From Hydrolagus colliei (Eukaryota): a stretch of 64,000 bases of DNA. Where the stretch lies: the NCBI GenBank assembly GCA_035084275.1, contig CM068754.1, positions 9,052,001-9,116,000 of the forward strand, given 5' to 3'. Positions 13,827 to 26,020 of this stretch are shown one piece after another. The notes under the pieces were generated by a model that worked only from the letters and a program-made list of their open reading frames with translations, did not search any database and had not been told where the DNA came from. The first letter of the stretch is position 1. Each line of letters begins with the position of its first letter. The position numbers were made by a program, and so were the translations under genes.

Positions 13827-14739
13827 ACTGGAGGACTACTTCTTCTCCAGATTTGAAATGGCTGTCGATGCTGTTCACTCAACTAGACCTTGGAAGATTT
13901 ATTGTGTTGATGAGCAACACGATCGAGGATCGAGATCTGCCCTCTTGTGACCAGCCCTCTGTAAAACTGTTACCTTCTCACAGAATTTGCAGAGATCTCA
14001 ATGGGCCCTCCGTTGCTTCCTTTCTATTACAAATAAACTGCATGCATCATCTTATTAAAGGCCCTATTAATAAAAAAAAGCCAATTTTCTGTCTTTTTTC
14101 CCAAGGCTTTTTGGCACTTTGATGATCCCAGATGAGTTCAGCAACCCAAATGCAATGTGACATTTTAATTCAGTAAAAACAGGACAAAATTCATAATTTG
14201 ATTTTTTGGGGTGAGTTTATTTCTCAAAGACACATTCACGAGTGACATCCTTTGATGACCTCCAATTTTTCATCCAATTTAATTCAATTTTAGATAAATT
14301 CTGTAAAAGTCCCTCCTAATATAATTGAACTTCTTTGCTCTTGTTTATTTTTCGGCTTTTGGTTAAGAAGAGGATTTGAAGTGGATAGACATTCCAGACT
14401 TGCTGCTGTTGTATATTTCTTTAACTGTTTGGAAAGCTTAGCTATTGAAATACACGTGATCTCTGAAATTGGAAGCACTCAAAAAGTGGAAGGTAATAGT
14501 CACTCCTTTACTTGAAGTGCCAAGAAAAGAAAAAAAGAGAGATAAGTACTGATGAATAGATTTAACCTTTCCCTGGCATAAGGCTTTGATTATTCTTCAC
14601 GTATCTCTCGAAAGCAATGCAATCTAAAACAGGTTTTTTTTTGTTTTAAATCTTCTGTATGAACTACATTCTGATTTAATCACAATAGCTTTGGGTTCCT
14701 CTGATGACCTTGTAGCTGAAAGACCCTCTCAGTATAGCC

Positions 14740-14895
14740 TAAAGTCACACAGACCAGAAGATTGTCGTGTGATTTCTGCCCTGTGCCAAGTTAGTTGAAT
14801 TTAGTTGGGCCAACCGTTAGATTGTAGAATTGGCATTAGTGTTGCCAGGATATTGAGGGAAAAAACTAGCCAGAGTTTATGATCTTTATTCCATT
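14740..14895 (+). mobile_element. LF-SINE fragment (5' half)
   Basis: cacacagaccagaag...ctgtgccaagttagttgaat...aattggcattagtg...gagggaaaaaactagccagagtt is colinear with the recalled LF-SINE consensus (cacacagaccaggaagg...ctgtgctgagttagctgat...aattggcctcagcg...ggggaaaaatcagccagggtt). Confidence 0.7.
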
Positions 14896-15036
14896 CAGTA
14901 ACATCCAAACTGTTGAGTTTTCACCATCCCCAGTGGGACGTGGCTTAATACAGTAGCTGCTTATTTTGTTAGCTTAGCTGTCAGATTTTGTGTCATTGTG
15001 GATAGTGGCTGTAAATGGGAATGGGAATGAGATTGG

Positions 15037-15270
15037 AGTTCTGTAGCTCAGTGCTAAAGCACTTCCCCCTCCCCCCCCCACGCAAGGCATCTGGGTTCAA
15101 TTCTCCACACATAAAAAATGTATTCGCTCAATCCATGACTGTTTGTGGGACACTGCGGTGCACAATTGGCTGCCGAGTTTCGCCCACAAATTATGGAGTC
15201 AATTCACTTTACAGTCTATTCTGTGAAGCACTTTGAACATCTCAAAGATGTGATAAGGCACTATATCAAT
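15037..15270 (+). mobile_element. tRNA-head SINE ((ATT)n family) with internal deletion
   Basis: agttctgtagctcagtgctaaagcac (A-box), gggttcaattc (B-box), body tgtttgtgggacactgcggtgcacaattggctgcc, tail. Confidence 0.85.
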
Positions 15271-15329
15271 GGCTGGAAATAATATTTTAGTTGCTGTGCA
15301 CACTTTTCAGTAGCCATAGTACACAACAA

Positions 15330-15430
15330 CAATAAGAATAAACCTTTTGATGCATTTGATACAACACATTATCATGTCTCTGAGACGTCTCAAAGCATTT
15401 CACAGAATACACTATAATGTGAATTAACTG
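15330..15430 (-). mobile_element. SINE 3' fragment
   Basis: tgcatttgatac...gagacgtctcaaagcatttcacagaatacactataatgtgaattaactgt. Confidence 0.8.
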
Positions 15431-18177
15431 TGAATTTTCCAGGTGCAAAATCCTGCAAATAAGTAGTGTCTTTTTGTCAAAGTATTGTGACACTTTCTCT
15501 TAGTGTTACCGACTGGGGTAGTCCTCCAGTGAGGAGTATGATAACAGAGATCAATTTGGAGCAGGTTAATTATGTTTTTCACTGAAAGATATAACAAACA
15601 ATACAATGATCCAAGCTTTACCAAATGCCGTGTAACAATTAACACTCCTTTAAAAAAAAGGAGTATATATTTCACAAATTACCTTCAGTGCATTTACCTT
15701 CAGTGTTGCATTTTAGTTTTAGGTAATATATATCATCCTTATTCATTTAAATCTAAACTAGCTTCTAGGTAAATAGCCAGCATCACATTGTGCTGAACAC
15801 AGATAAGTAGGTAATTTATAATTAGGACCATGGGGATACAGCGCTGATGGTGCAAAATAGCATGTACATTAAAGCATCATACAATATGGATCCAGTCTGC
15901 TGTTTGTTATAATTTGGTGTCATCTCACATTGATTTTCATATTTTTAGCAATGGTTTTTTTAAGCAGAACCAAATTTATAAGAGCAAAACGTTCTCTGAA
16001 AATGCGATAGTTCACTCTGTGTGTTCTGAAACCTTTCTCCTCGTACATATGTCTTGCAGATTCTCAATTAAACCAAAAAGTTAAGGGAATCTGTAAAAAG
16101 TGCTTTAGACTGATGAAAGAAAATCCTTTAACTGTAATGGACTTGTTATATTATTTATATGAACTTTTACCTACAGAAAATGTATTTTGAATATTAGTCT
16201 TAGTTAAGTATTAGCTCAATGCTTTGTCTGCACTATTCTCAGAGCTCGTCTGTAAAGTTTCCCAAAAATGTTCAGCTTTTACAAAAAGTGATTTCTTAAT
16301 GTATTCATAGTGTCGGCTTTTTACTCAACACTCATCACCGATAAACTCACGTGTTATAATTTTAAGGAGTTGTACTGTATGTACACATCAACTACCTATT
16401 TTGAAAGCTTTTGACATGTTCTATCAAATTGTTAAATGAATATTAGATACAAGAGTACTTGTTTTCATTCATGGGCAGCCCATTGTAGACTCCACACTCT
16501 CAACTAAAATGCAACTATAAATGCTAGGAATTCTTCTAAATCACAACTAATAATTCAGTATTCCGTTATTACTGAATTCACCGCTGACACTATCGGGGCA
16601 TTGCAGCTACAAGAGGTTGAATGAGACATAAGCCTACTCTTACAATATATGTAATGCAAAGCGTATTATCACAATGATGGAAAGAACACCATTTTGTGGC
16701 CTATAGCAAATCTTGGGTACCATTCTTCTGGAATCTATTCCTTTCACGACATTATTGATTTCCCCTTGAAGACATATTTTACCAAACCTAAATTCCTTTT
16801 AAGCCCTTCCAAAAGTGTACAGATCTTTTAATGCTTTCATATTAAATCATCAATAATTCTACTCATCCGAGCACAGCAGAAGTGTATATTGAATGCTGTT
16901 TAATGTTGAAGGTTGAGGCTGCACTGGAGAGTAATACATTGCTAGTACGTTGCTAAAGTACTTTAGTGACAGTACAAGTCTCAATATAATACAAACTACT
17001 TGAGCCTTCTTTTCACCTGTAAATTGAATATACCAAATTTGCAATCTTGATGCCTCGGGGTTAATTGGAAGTTATGGTTTAGCAAATACTGCATTTTTGA
17101 CCCCAAAGTGTCTTTCAGAATAGTTGACGATAACAGCAAAGCCTCTTTTAAGTTGCTCTATCATGTTGAAAGGTGGTAGTTTAATTTAGCAATTTGTTCT
17201 GCACTGTTCTTTATAAATTGTACTGCCATGTACTAAATGCTCACCTGCCTTTTAAATTGCCAATCCTCTTGGTCCTGTTAGTTTTCAAATCTAGATTCCT
17301 TGAGCAGGAATTTGAGCTAATAAACTGCCTGTGACTGCAATAAACTGCCCCAACTGATCACTTTCCCGCAGTATAGAAAATGAACTGGACCAGTTCTCTG
17401 GATGAGTTCCATTATCAACACTGAGCCTGCATTCTCCAGCCATCTGTTATCAGCCTCCAACTGAGATCAGCCCATGGTTGATCAGTAACATAGGTCTCAT
17501 TATATTCTACTCATAACCTTATAACCTTCTCAATGTTGGAAAAGAAACCAGGTTTAAGACCATACAATCAATCTGCTGGACTAAACAGGGAGTGCTTGCA
17601 TGACATATACTAAATGACGCAGGGAATTCAATGTGTTTTTAGTCCTTGCTATCTCTTAGTTATTACCAAATGGAGAATCAAGGACTGCATATTAAATGTG
17701 GTAGCACACCAGCCGTTGCAATATGAGGCAGGTAATAAAAAACACAATGTGCTGGACAGGAAGGGAATAGAATAAGTTATCAGTCTTTGACTGCTGATTC
17801 ATCAAGAAAACAATTGCAACAAGTCAAACTGCTCAGTCTAGTATTGTGAGAGAGTGTGATTGCAATAGTGAGTTGAAGATCTCGTGGGAAGTATGCACAA
17901 AGACCAAGTGCACCTTACCAGGCATGTAAACTCACTGGGAGGATCCACTTAAAGTGCTCTCTGGCTCCCCCTAGTGTTGGGGGAGGAGACAGAGGCCTGT
18001 GAGCAGGTTGGGGACCTCCATTCTTGGCAAACGAAAACCCAAATGCCAGCGAGGACAAATTCTTTCACACTGGGATAAAATAAATGTATTAAAGTAGAGC
18101 TTCACTAAAAGTGAGGACAATGGATTAGAATTTGGGAATAAATTTCCTCTTCACCCTATCCACATAACTGCTGTGTA

Positions 18178-18430
18178 AGAATTACAAAGAAAATTTACAA
18201 AGGTACAGAAACAGGCCATTCAGCCCAACTAGTCCGTGCCATTACCAGTGTTATTGCTCTACGATGAGCCCCCATCCTTCAGTTCCCTTCTCCGTCACCT
18301 CTCTATTCCCTTCAATAGCAATTATGCATCAAGTTTCTCTTAAATACATTCAAGCTATCTGCTTCAACCACAGCTTTCGCAATGAGTTTCACATTCTCAC
18401 CACCCTCTGCGTGAATAAGTTGCTGCTAGA
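18178..18430 (-). mobile_element. CR1 LINE 3' end, degraded
   Basis: acagaaacaggccattcagcccaactagtccgtgcc...ctcttaaatac...gcttcaaccac...gagtttcacattctcaccaccctctgcgtgaa, the reverse complement of the FTQRVVRMWN region. Confidence 0.8.
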
Positions 18431-18759
18431 TTTTTTTCCTCTCTCGCACCTTTTTAATGTTTGACTACTGCAATATGTGTGAACCCTATTAAATTAACAG
18501 TTCATTAGAAATTGGCTCTTTTTTGGTGCTAACATACGTTCAGCCAATCTTTTAACCATTCCGTTTAAACAATGAGAAAACAGAGAAGAAAAATGTATTT
18601 GCCTTTTCTTGTTGAAACGAATTGCTCAGATTTCTAAAAATAACCACATCTCTCTCAAGGTGACATATGGTGCTCAGTGAACACTGCATTTAAAATGGAA
18701 ACAATGGTCTTCATTTTGCACAGTGGTCAAGAATGCATAGAGTAAACAGACTGTCCACC

Positions 18760-18905
18760 ATTGCCCACTGTTCCATCATTGGTGGATGCGCTTTAAGCCA
18801 CTACGCCCTAAAACTCTGGAACACTTTTCTTTTACCCCTCTGCCTTGCCCCTTTCATCCCCATCTGCAAGTCATGCCTGAAGACCTTTCTCTTCAAACGT
18901 GCCCA
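18760..18905 (+). mobile_element. L2 LINE ORF2 C-terminal fragment
   Basis: Translates IGGCALSHYALKLWNTF...KSCLKTFLF, typical of the L2 ORF2 end. Confidence 0.7.
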
Positions 18906-20099
18906 AATCAACAGAAAATGTTTGCTGCAGATGAAGGGTATCAGCAATGAATTCTCATTATGACTCGCACAATAATTAATATTGCAGTTGGAGTCCTTTT
19001 ATTGGCACTTTCAATTTGTTATTCTATCTGGTCAAAAAGGTGACAATGGCAGCCCTTCTCTTCCATCTGAGAGTCTTTTGATGTGCAGTTAACCTGAAGT
19101 GACGAGAAAATCTGTGTGTGCATGAGGCAGTGCTGTAAAAGGAAGCAATAGGTAGGAATTGACAACAAAAAGCTGACATTATCAGATCAAACCATGAATG
19201 GGATCTATTGCAAAAGACAGGGGCTTTAATAAAAGAGACAATTGTCCGAAGTGGAAAATACGTTCTACTGAAACAGCAAAAAAAAACCACGATGCTGGCT
19301 ATCATGAACGGTTTAACATACTCAGGAGTCCAAATCTACAAATTAATTTAAAGATTCCGAGACCTGGCTCTTCCTGCGAAGTTATTTTTTCCCTCTGTAT
19401 TTGGCAGGTGTTAACAGCATCTAACTGTTCAAAATAATGCATCCCAGCACCATCTGTTATAAAGATATTAAGGTTTTGACAGCAGAGGTCAATCCAGGAG
19501 CCTAGGGTCTGCGCTCTCTTGCTGCTGACCTCTGCTCTTTGACCTTGAACTCCGGATGTGTGAAAGGCAGTAACTCCAAGGCAGACAGCATAAGTCAGCG
19601 ATATGATAAACACACAGCGTTCCCCCCCTTAGTGAAGCAAGGCTCCACTTGCTGTGAGAGTGAATATAATCATTGCAGGTGGCACTAAAAAGAAATCACT
19701 TTTAATAAGTAGATTTTTCTTTCCACATATAGACATAAAATAAAATTAATCCCATGGCAACTGTAGGACACTGCAGCTTTAATTATATTGTTTTGTACAA
19801 ATCGAGGGTGATAACATACCATGTGCCAGTAACTTTAGATCACTTTAACAATGTGCATTTATAATGAGAAATCCCATTAATCATCCACACTCTCAAGGTG
19901 CACTAAACTTACTGGCACACAGAGCAATACCCCATTGTATACAATGTGGGTCAAAAGGGCTTTTATTATCTTGGTCAATGGCTTTTGAAATTTTGTGGGG
20001 TTTTTTAATATAGAATTCAATGCATATTGGCATTGATGGACAACTGGACATCGTGTAACTGGTAAGTTTGTTGCACAGTCGTCTCGCATTCACTCACTT

Positions 20100-20590
20100 A
20101 GAATGGTGGAATGTTTAGAGTAGGCGAATAGATCTTTCAACCCATCCTATCTATGCTGGGACTATCTAGGTACTCCCTTTTGCACAACCTTCAATGTTAA
20201 CTTCCATGATTTAGTGGGACGTCCTCCTGACGTGAAAGGCACTATACAAATATAACTCGTTATTATTATTCATTCAATTCTCTTTTAAATGCTGTTGTTG
20301 GCTCACCTTCAATACCCTTTTATATTGTACATTGCAGCAACCTTCTGCAGGAAGTAAAGTTGAGACACCGTTGCCATTTTTCTTCTTGTGCTAATCTTCA
20401 ATTGTAACTGAGCAGTGGCAATAATCTAGACTTCACTATTCAGAAGATTTTGAAAACCTCTGTCAAGATTCCATGCAACTAACCTCCATTCTAACAGAAA
20501 TAACCTCTGTTTTAAGTCTGTCCACATAACTCTGACACCCCCCCACCCCGCCTCCCTGTTATCATCCAATTAAATCTCCTCTGTAAACTG
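20100..20590 (-). mobile_element. Highly degraded CR1 3' fragment, interrupted by a mini L2 insert at 20215-20270
   Basis: cttttaaatgctgtt...ccttcaatacc, gattttgaaaacctctgtcaag, cctccattctaacagaaataac...aagtctgtccacataact resemble reverse-complement CR1. Confidence 0.5.
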
Positions 20591-23500
20591 TAAATTTATT
20601 TTGATAATATTGAATATTGCACTTCGGCTTCTTTGACTGTAATAGAAAAGGCTCTTGAACTATTTTTCTACTTAACCATGGTTTAACTTCACAGAAAAAC
20701 TTTTTAACTACGTTAGATAAAAGTAAAATATCTTACGAAATGTTTCTCTAAGCTGTTTACATGGCACTACAACAACAACAGGCGGACGCCCCAACGTGAC
20801 TGGTGTGTGCTTTCATATGGAACTTTATTGCATGTTGTAGCATAGTGGTCGGTTGCATGAAGGTCTTCATCTATTAAATCTATACTATTATGTATATAAG
20901 GAGCATGACTTAGATTGGAAGTGCTAATACAGTAATTACTCTATCCAGGAAATCCAAAGAGAAAGCATTTAGGACAGCAACTTAAAATTATGCAGTAATC
21001 AACACTGATTCTGTGAGTGCAATCTAAGAATAGGAACATCATGTCAGCCTGCTCTGCCATCAGATTTATATGGGAATAACATGTCGTTTATGCATCAGCA
21101 AACAGCAAAGGAAAGCAATCCCTATGAAGCTAATCTAATAATAGACTGTGAGTTAGTGATTGCTGTTTCATGTAAAGTAGTTCTTGGTAGCACTAATGGC
21201 CTAATTCTGAGGGACTTGCTACTTACTGCGGTGAGACTGGTAACTGGAACAGTTCTGACAGATCTACAGGCTCAGGTTTACTGCATGGATTAGCTTGAAT
21301 AGCCATATTAAATGAAACAGAATAAAATAAAAACAATTTTACACTGAGTGAAGGTCTGACTTATAGGAACTGGCAGCTTCTGTGGCCCAAGGCACAGAAT
21401 TAGTTTTGCCACTCGATAATTTGACTGATTCACTTCAGCGCCCAGAACAGGACATTTTATGCTTGATTTATATGTAATCAAGTCACCTGCTCAATGCTGA
21501 GAAAGGCCAAGTCAATCCTAATCTGTTGAGGACCGAGTGTCTGCAGAAGAGTACTGTGTATCAAGATGTTTTCTGCCATTCTACAACAACTCGGATTTTC
21601 ACAGTGCCTTTCACGAAAAAGAATGGCTCAGATTAATACTTAATTTGACAAAGATTTCATGAGCAAAAAAAAAGGATTCATTTTTTCCACTGTTGGTAGT
21701 TTTGCACATTGGTTTAAACAACTTCAATGAATAACAAAATCAGTCATTGTAAAAAAAGATGAGGTGCAAACTTCCACGTTTACTAAGGGTCAGTTTGGCC
21801 TGATTTCTAGGCCACCAAATATTTCAGATTAACTGTGGAAAGTCTTTTTTTAATTTTCCATCGAGAATTTCAGGAAATATCATAAGAAGTGATCGGAGCT
21901 TCAGTTGCACTGAGATGCACAATATCCTATTATGTGGCCAAGCAATGGCAACAGAATATGGGTTGAATTTTGACAGTTGGTGTACATTAATGATCTGGAG
22001 CAGACACCAGGGCTGACGAAAAAGAAATTGTGAATTAAGATGAATGTTAAATTGGTATATTGCAGATATAATCTCAATTTCCCTGTAAATTAATGTTGAT
22101 GATGCACGCCAAGATGGAAGAATGGAATAGAAAGGCATTTTTTCACTCTAGAAAATGCTTTTCTTGCACTGTTTTGCTTGTAAAGCCACAACCTTACAGC
22201 TTTTGGATCTGCCCATCAGCAAATCAGAAAATAAAACTGGAAAAGCAATCTGATTACGACGGGCACAGAATGTTTCCTTTCTGTCCCCTTATTTCTCTCC
22301 ATTGTTCAATAGCACAAGTTTCCCTTTAAGTACTCCATTTATTTTCTGATTTCTATTTCTGTGTAGGATAGCTAACACCAAAGTATGTTTCAGCATTTGA
22401 CAAGAGCATGTGACGTACGTGAAACAGAGAATCAGCACTGAGCAAAAGAACAGTTTGTAGATACCTTTGTCAGATGTGTTCTTAGAGAAAATCATGGGAA
22501 GAATGCCATTTTAAACACTGACATTAGGCCAGATCTGGGTCGATGACTGATGATGTGACAGTTCAATTTAGCAGATTTTTTAAGCCAATATAAGCTTTGT
22601 TTAGTAAACATTTTTTACATCAAAAAAGGGTGTATTTTGTTGCCAATTTTATGAAGGACAAGTGCATGATCAAGCAAAGCACTCTGTCATTAGGAAACAA
22701 AGGTGACCTTGTCATATTTAATAACTTGAGAGTAGAAATACTCTTTCAACGCTTAAAGGTTAACAAAAGTTGTTGCCGTTATCTACGTCAATCTCGCTGA
22801 AGACAAGCCTTGCTTTGTTGTATTTTCAGATGCACTTTCCTGTTTTATATGTGTAAAAACTGCAGCAGATATATTCTCTTTAGTTGTTTTGGGGCAAACC
22901 AGATGGAGTGCAGACACAATGGGATGTGTCATTTATCATGATGACAGCAGGTAGGTAGAAATGCTCCTAGCAGCACAGGATAAGTCACCTTTTTTCATCT
23001 GAAGTGGCTTTAGGGTAGTAATATTGGATTTTGGAGTAAAGAAAACATTCTGAATTGAGTTGAAGTCACAATTCTGAAGCCGCTCATTGAATTAACCCAT
23101 TGCCACCCATGAATGTGAGCAATTTCCATTATTTTAACAGTAAAATCCACAGCTGTTCGGGGCCTTTGAGCACAGGACATCGGTATCTTTGAAAGCCACT
23201 ATTATTATTATGGTGATGATGCAACAAGGAGCCTGACAATAGCCCTTCACTGTACCGTGCACTGATAGACTGCAACCTTTGATACAGCTGCTTGTTTATG
23301 ACTCCCTTGTTGACAGAGAATCTTCCCTCGTGTTACATCCGTACATTAGAACATGCTATCTGTGTTGCTTCAGTAGACTGTGTCTCTGCCAATGGCCTAG
23401 TTACATAACCTTGAGAAATTTTATTGTTTAGTGTATATTTGATAATAAATCGCCCCCCACATTTATTAATCCTGGACGTGAGAAGGACTCAGCACCGAAA

Positions 23501-24863
23501 TGCTGACAATCTCCTTTATTACGCTGATAAAAATTTAGGCAAGAAGGAAATTAAGTTCTTGCACGTCAAATGTATTTTGTTTCACCATCTCCCTGGCCAA
23601 TGGCAATCAGCTAGATGCTGTCAGAGCATTGCTCAGCTGCAGCTGTTATTAAGATCCTTACTGAATTACAATCGTTTCACTTGCAAAATATTGCAGCCCT
23701 GTGGAATTAGTGGAGCACAAAATAAGGGTAGAGTGCACTAGGTCAGTGCTGCTCGCAACAGAACCTATCCCAAAATTTGAATACAGCTTTAACGCTGGTG
23801 AAAGGGTTAAAGATGTTAATGAGAAAGAAGAACTTTTTCAACAATTTGCTTTTGGCTTCAACCATTATGTCAAAAAGTTTGCCAGGAACCCAGCATATCT
23901 GACAATTCCCAATACAGTAACAGTCTTAGTTTAGCATATGTAGAGAGGTGAGGCAGAGAATCACAGTTCTTGACCATCTTCGGATTGAATTCAAGATCCA
24001 AGTAACTTATGCCCAGTTGTGCACTGAGCACATTTTGAAATTTTCCTGAATCTTTGGTTTTTAGCAAATGAATCTGTTCTTGATGGTTCATCACTGAAGA
24101 TGATAAATAATAAGTTGCTGAATAGCAGCCTTTTACAATTGTCAAATGTATCTGTTTCAGATTTGGTTTATTAAGGACACTATAAAATCAATTCAACTAC
24201 TTTAGTGAATGTTTTAATATTCTCAGTTACTCTGTATGATTACACATTTGATCATTTTAATCAGTCTCATTATAAGTTTCATGCATTTTTTTTCTTCTGT
24301 CTCCAAAAATGATCCATTCGTACATTATATATAACTAATGAAAGCATCACCCAAATGCAAGGTGTCATTGATATGAAATCAGTGTCAATAAAATACAAAT
24401 TTCTTAAAAAGGTTTGGGATATTTTGTGAAGGAAAAGCTTTTGTTTGTCCAATCTGTACGCAGACATGATCCAGCTTAATTAAATGTTTTGTTTGACATA
24501 GAGATACGCCGCTGCCCCTTAAAGGAACCAAATCCTAAACTGTCAGAAATTGCAACTGTTCAGCAAAATTGGCTTCCTTGGAACTTGTTAACCATCAAGT
24601 CAAACAAATCTTGCTTTGTCTGTTTCGGAAAAAAAGGCAATACATCTTGAGCAAATGAATTGCAAAATCAAAGCTACATTAGATTTGAAACCGTTCAACA
24701 AAGCTTGCATTGTTTTTTATGAATACTCAAAAAAAAATCCAATATTCCAACCTCGGGTTAAGTGTAAAAGCCCCTGAAGGACAAGCCTATTCAATCAATA
24801 TTAGTTCATTTCAATTGAAGAGCTGTACAAGGTCTGTGCTGATGATTTTATGGATTTCATTAC

Positions 24864-24979
24864 CTGTCGGTGAGATGATTCCTGGTGATAACAGACTCTG
24901 GACTGCGTGGGGCAAGATGCGAGAATTTTCTGGCAAAGTTACACTCATGGTGCGCTTCGGGGGCCTCCCAGGCCTCGAG
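24864..24979 (-). CDS. DACH: Dachshund-family (DACH1/DACH2-like) internal coding exon following the DD1 domain exon
   Basis: Minus strand: tttttttcttcccttcaacag|C TCG AGG CCT GGG AGG CCC CCG AAG CGC ... TCA CCG ACA G|gtaatg. 116 nt, phase 2 to phase 1. Translates SRPGRPPKRTMSVTLPENSRILPHAVQSLLSPGIISPT(G), matching recalled DACH1 SSRPGRPPKRTQSVTSPENSHIMPHSVPGLMSPGIIPPTG. Paralog not resolved. Confidence 0.95.
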
Positions 24980-25021
24980 CTGTTGAAGGGAAGAAAAAAA
25001 TTACAATACTTAATATTTTAC

Positions 25022-25814
25022 TTTGAACAGGATTTATGGAGGAAACCGAAAGCTATCCTTCAAACAATTCTGCATTCGTTCTTTGAATTCAAGGTTGGTG
25101 GTAGTCAAGAGGAAAATAAAACTCATTTTTTTTGGCAATCATCTATTGAAACCTTCTTCCTTCCAACAACATTTTATCTAAAGTGAAGCTTTTGAAGGAA
25201 TCATTCAGATTAGAAAATATCCAATTTAATTTTCAATTGATTCTTTACTTATCATTTGGCAATACTGTGAGTTTTATTAGCAATAAATTAAATAACCTCT
25301 TCATGACAGGGATTTTAATAGCTCATCTCTTGTTCATTAATTATAATAAATAATAATACAAGAAATGCAAGACAAAGCACGCCCAAACTGGAGCTGTAGT
25401 GACTCAAAACAAATAAGGATAGCAATATCCAACGTGTACAATGTGCTTATGAACAGTTCAAAGCAGTTATTAATTGGTTTCTTGCTAATGGATCCATCTC
25501 TGTATGAATGCACTAACTTGAAAGCCAGGAAGAACTTTGATATTTAAAATGTTTTCTTATTCCGAGAAATGGTTTAAATTAGAAATGTTTCCTCTTGGAA
25601 AAAGGTCATTTGAAGAAACAAAAACTTGATCTGTTTTTGAATTGATTTTTTTTTCTGTTGTGAGAGTGGGTCACCTGACAATGAGATTGGAAACTGATTG
25701 AAAGGAAAAAGGGGACAGGGTTTCTGCAAATGTGTTGCAGAGGATGAATTTGAACAGGATTTATGGAGGAAACTGAAAGCCTTCCTTCAAACAATTTTGC
25801 CTTCGTTCTTTGAA
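25022..25814 (+). repeat. Dispersed direct repeat: 66-bp copies at 25022-25087 and 25749-25814
   Basis: tttgaacaggatttatggaggaaacYgaaagcYWtccttcaaacaattYtgcMttcgttctttgaa; 61 of 66 positions identical by manual alignment. Confidence 0.9.
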
Positions 25815-26020
25815 CTCTGTCCTGGAGTCAATCCGACGTGCTCACTCCCTGCCTTTCTACTTTAAAAGCCCACCTTAAGACTTGCCTCTTTAACCTTGTT
25901 TCTGATTATCTTCCCTATTCTCTCTCTCCCCCCACCACCACCCCACAATTGGCTCAGGTGCCCAACCAGCTGTGTAAAATACTTTGAGATGTTCTCCTGT
26001 TGTGAAAGGAACCACATGAA
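25811..26020 (+). mobile_element. L2 LINE 3' end, degraded
   Basis: gaactctgtcc...ttaaaagcccaccttaagacttgcctctttaac...tgtaaaatactttgagatgtt...gtgaaagg. Confidence 0.65.

Noticed and set aside
1-24860. Next DACH exon (TAAA...AEAMK.KK.KL)
   Set aside because: I scanned the minus strand by eye and found no matching segment. It probably lies beyond the window start, though it could have been missed.
24710-25186. 158-aa + strand ORF
   Set aside because: It is the antisense shadow of the DACH exon and has no recognisable protein features.
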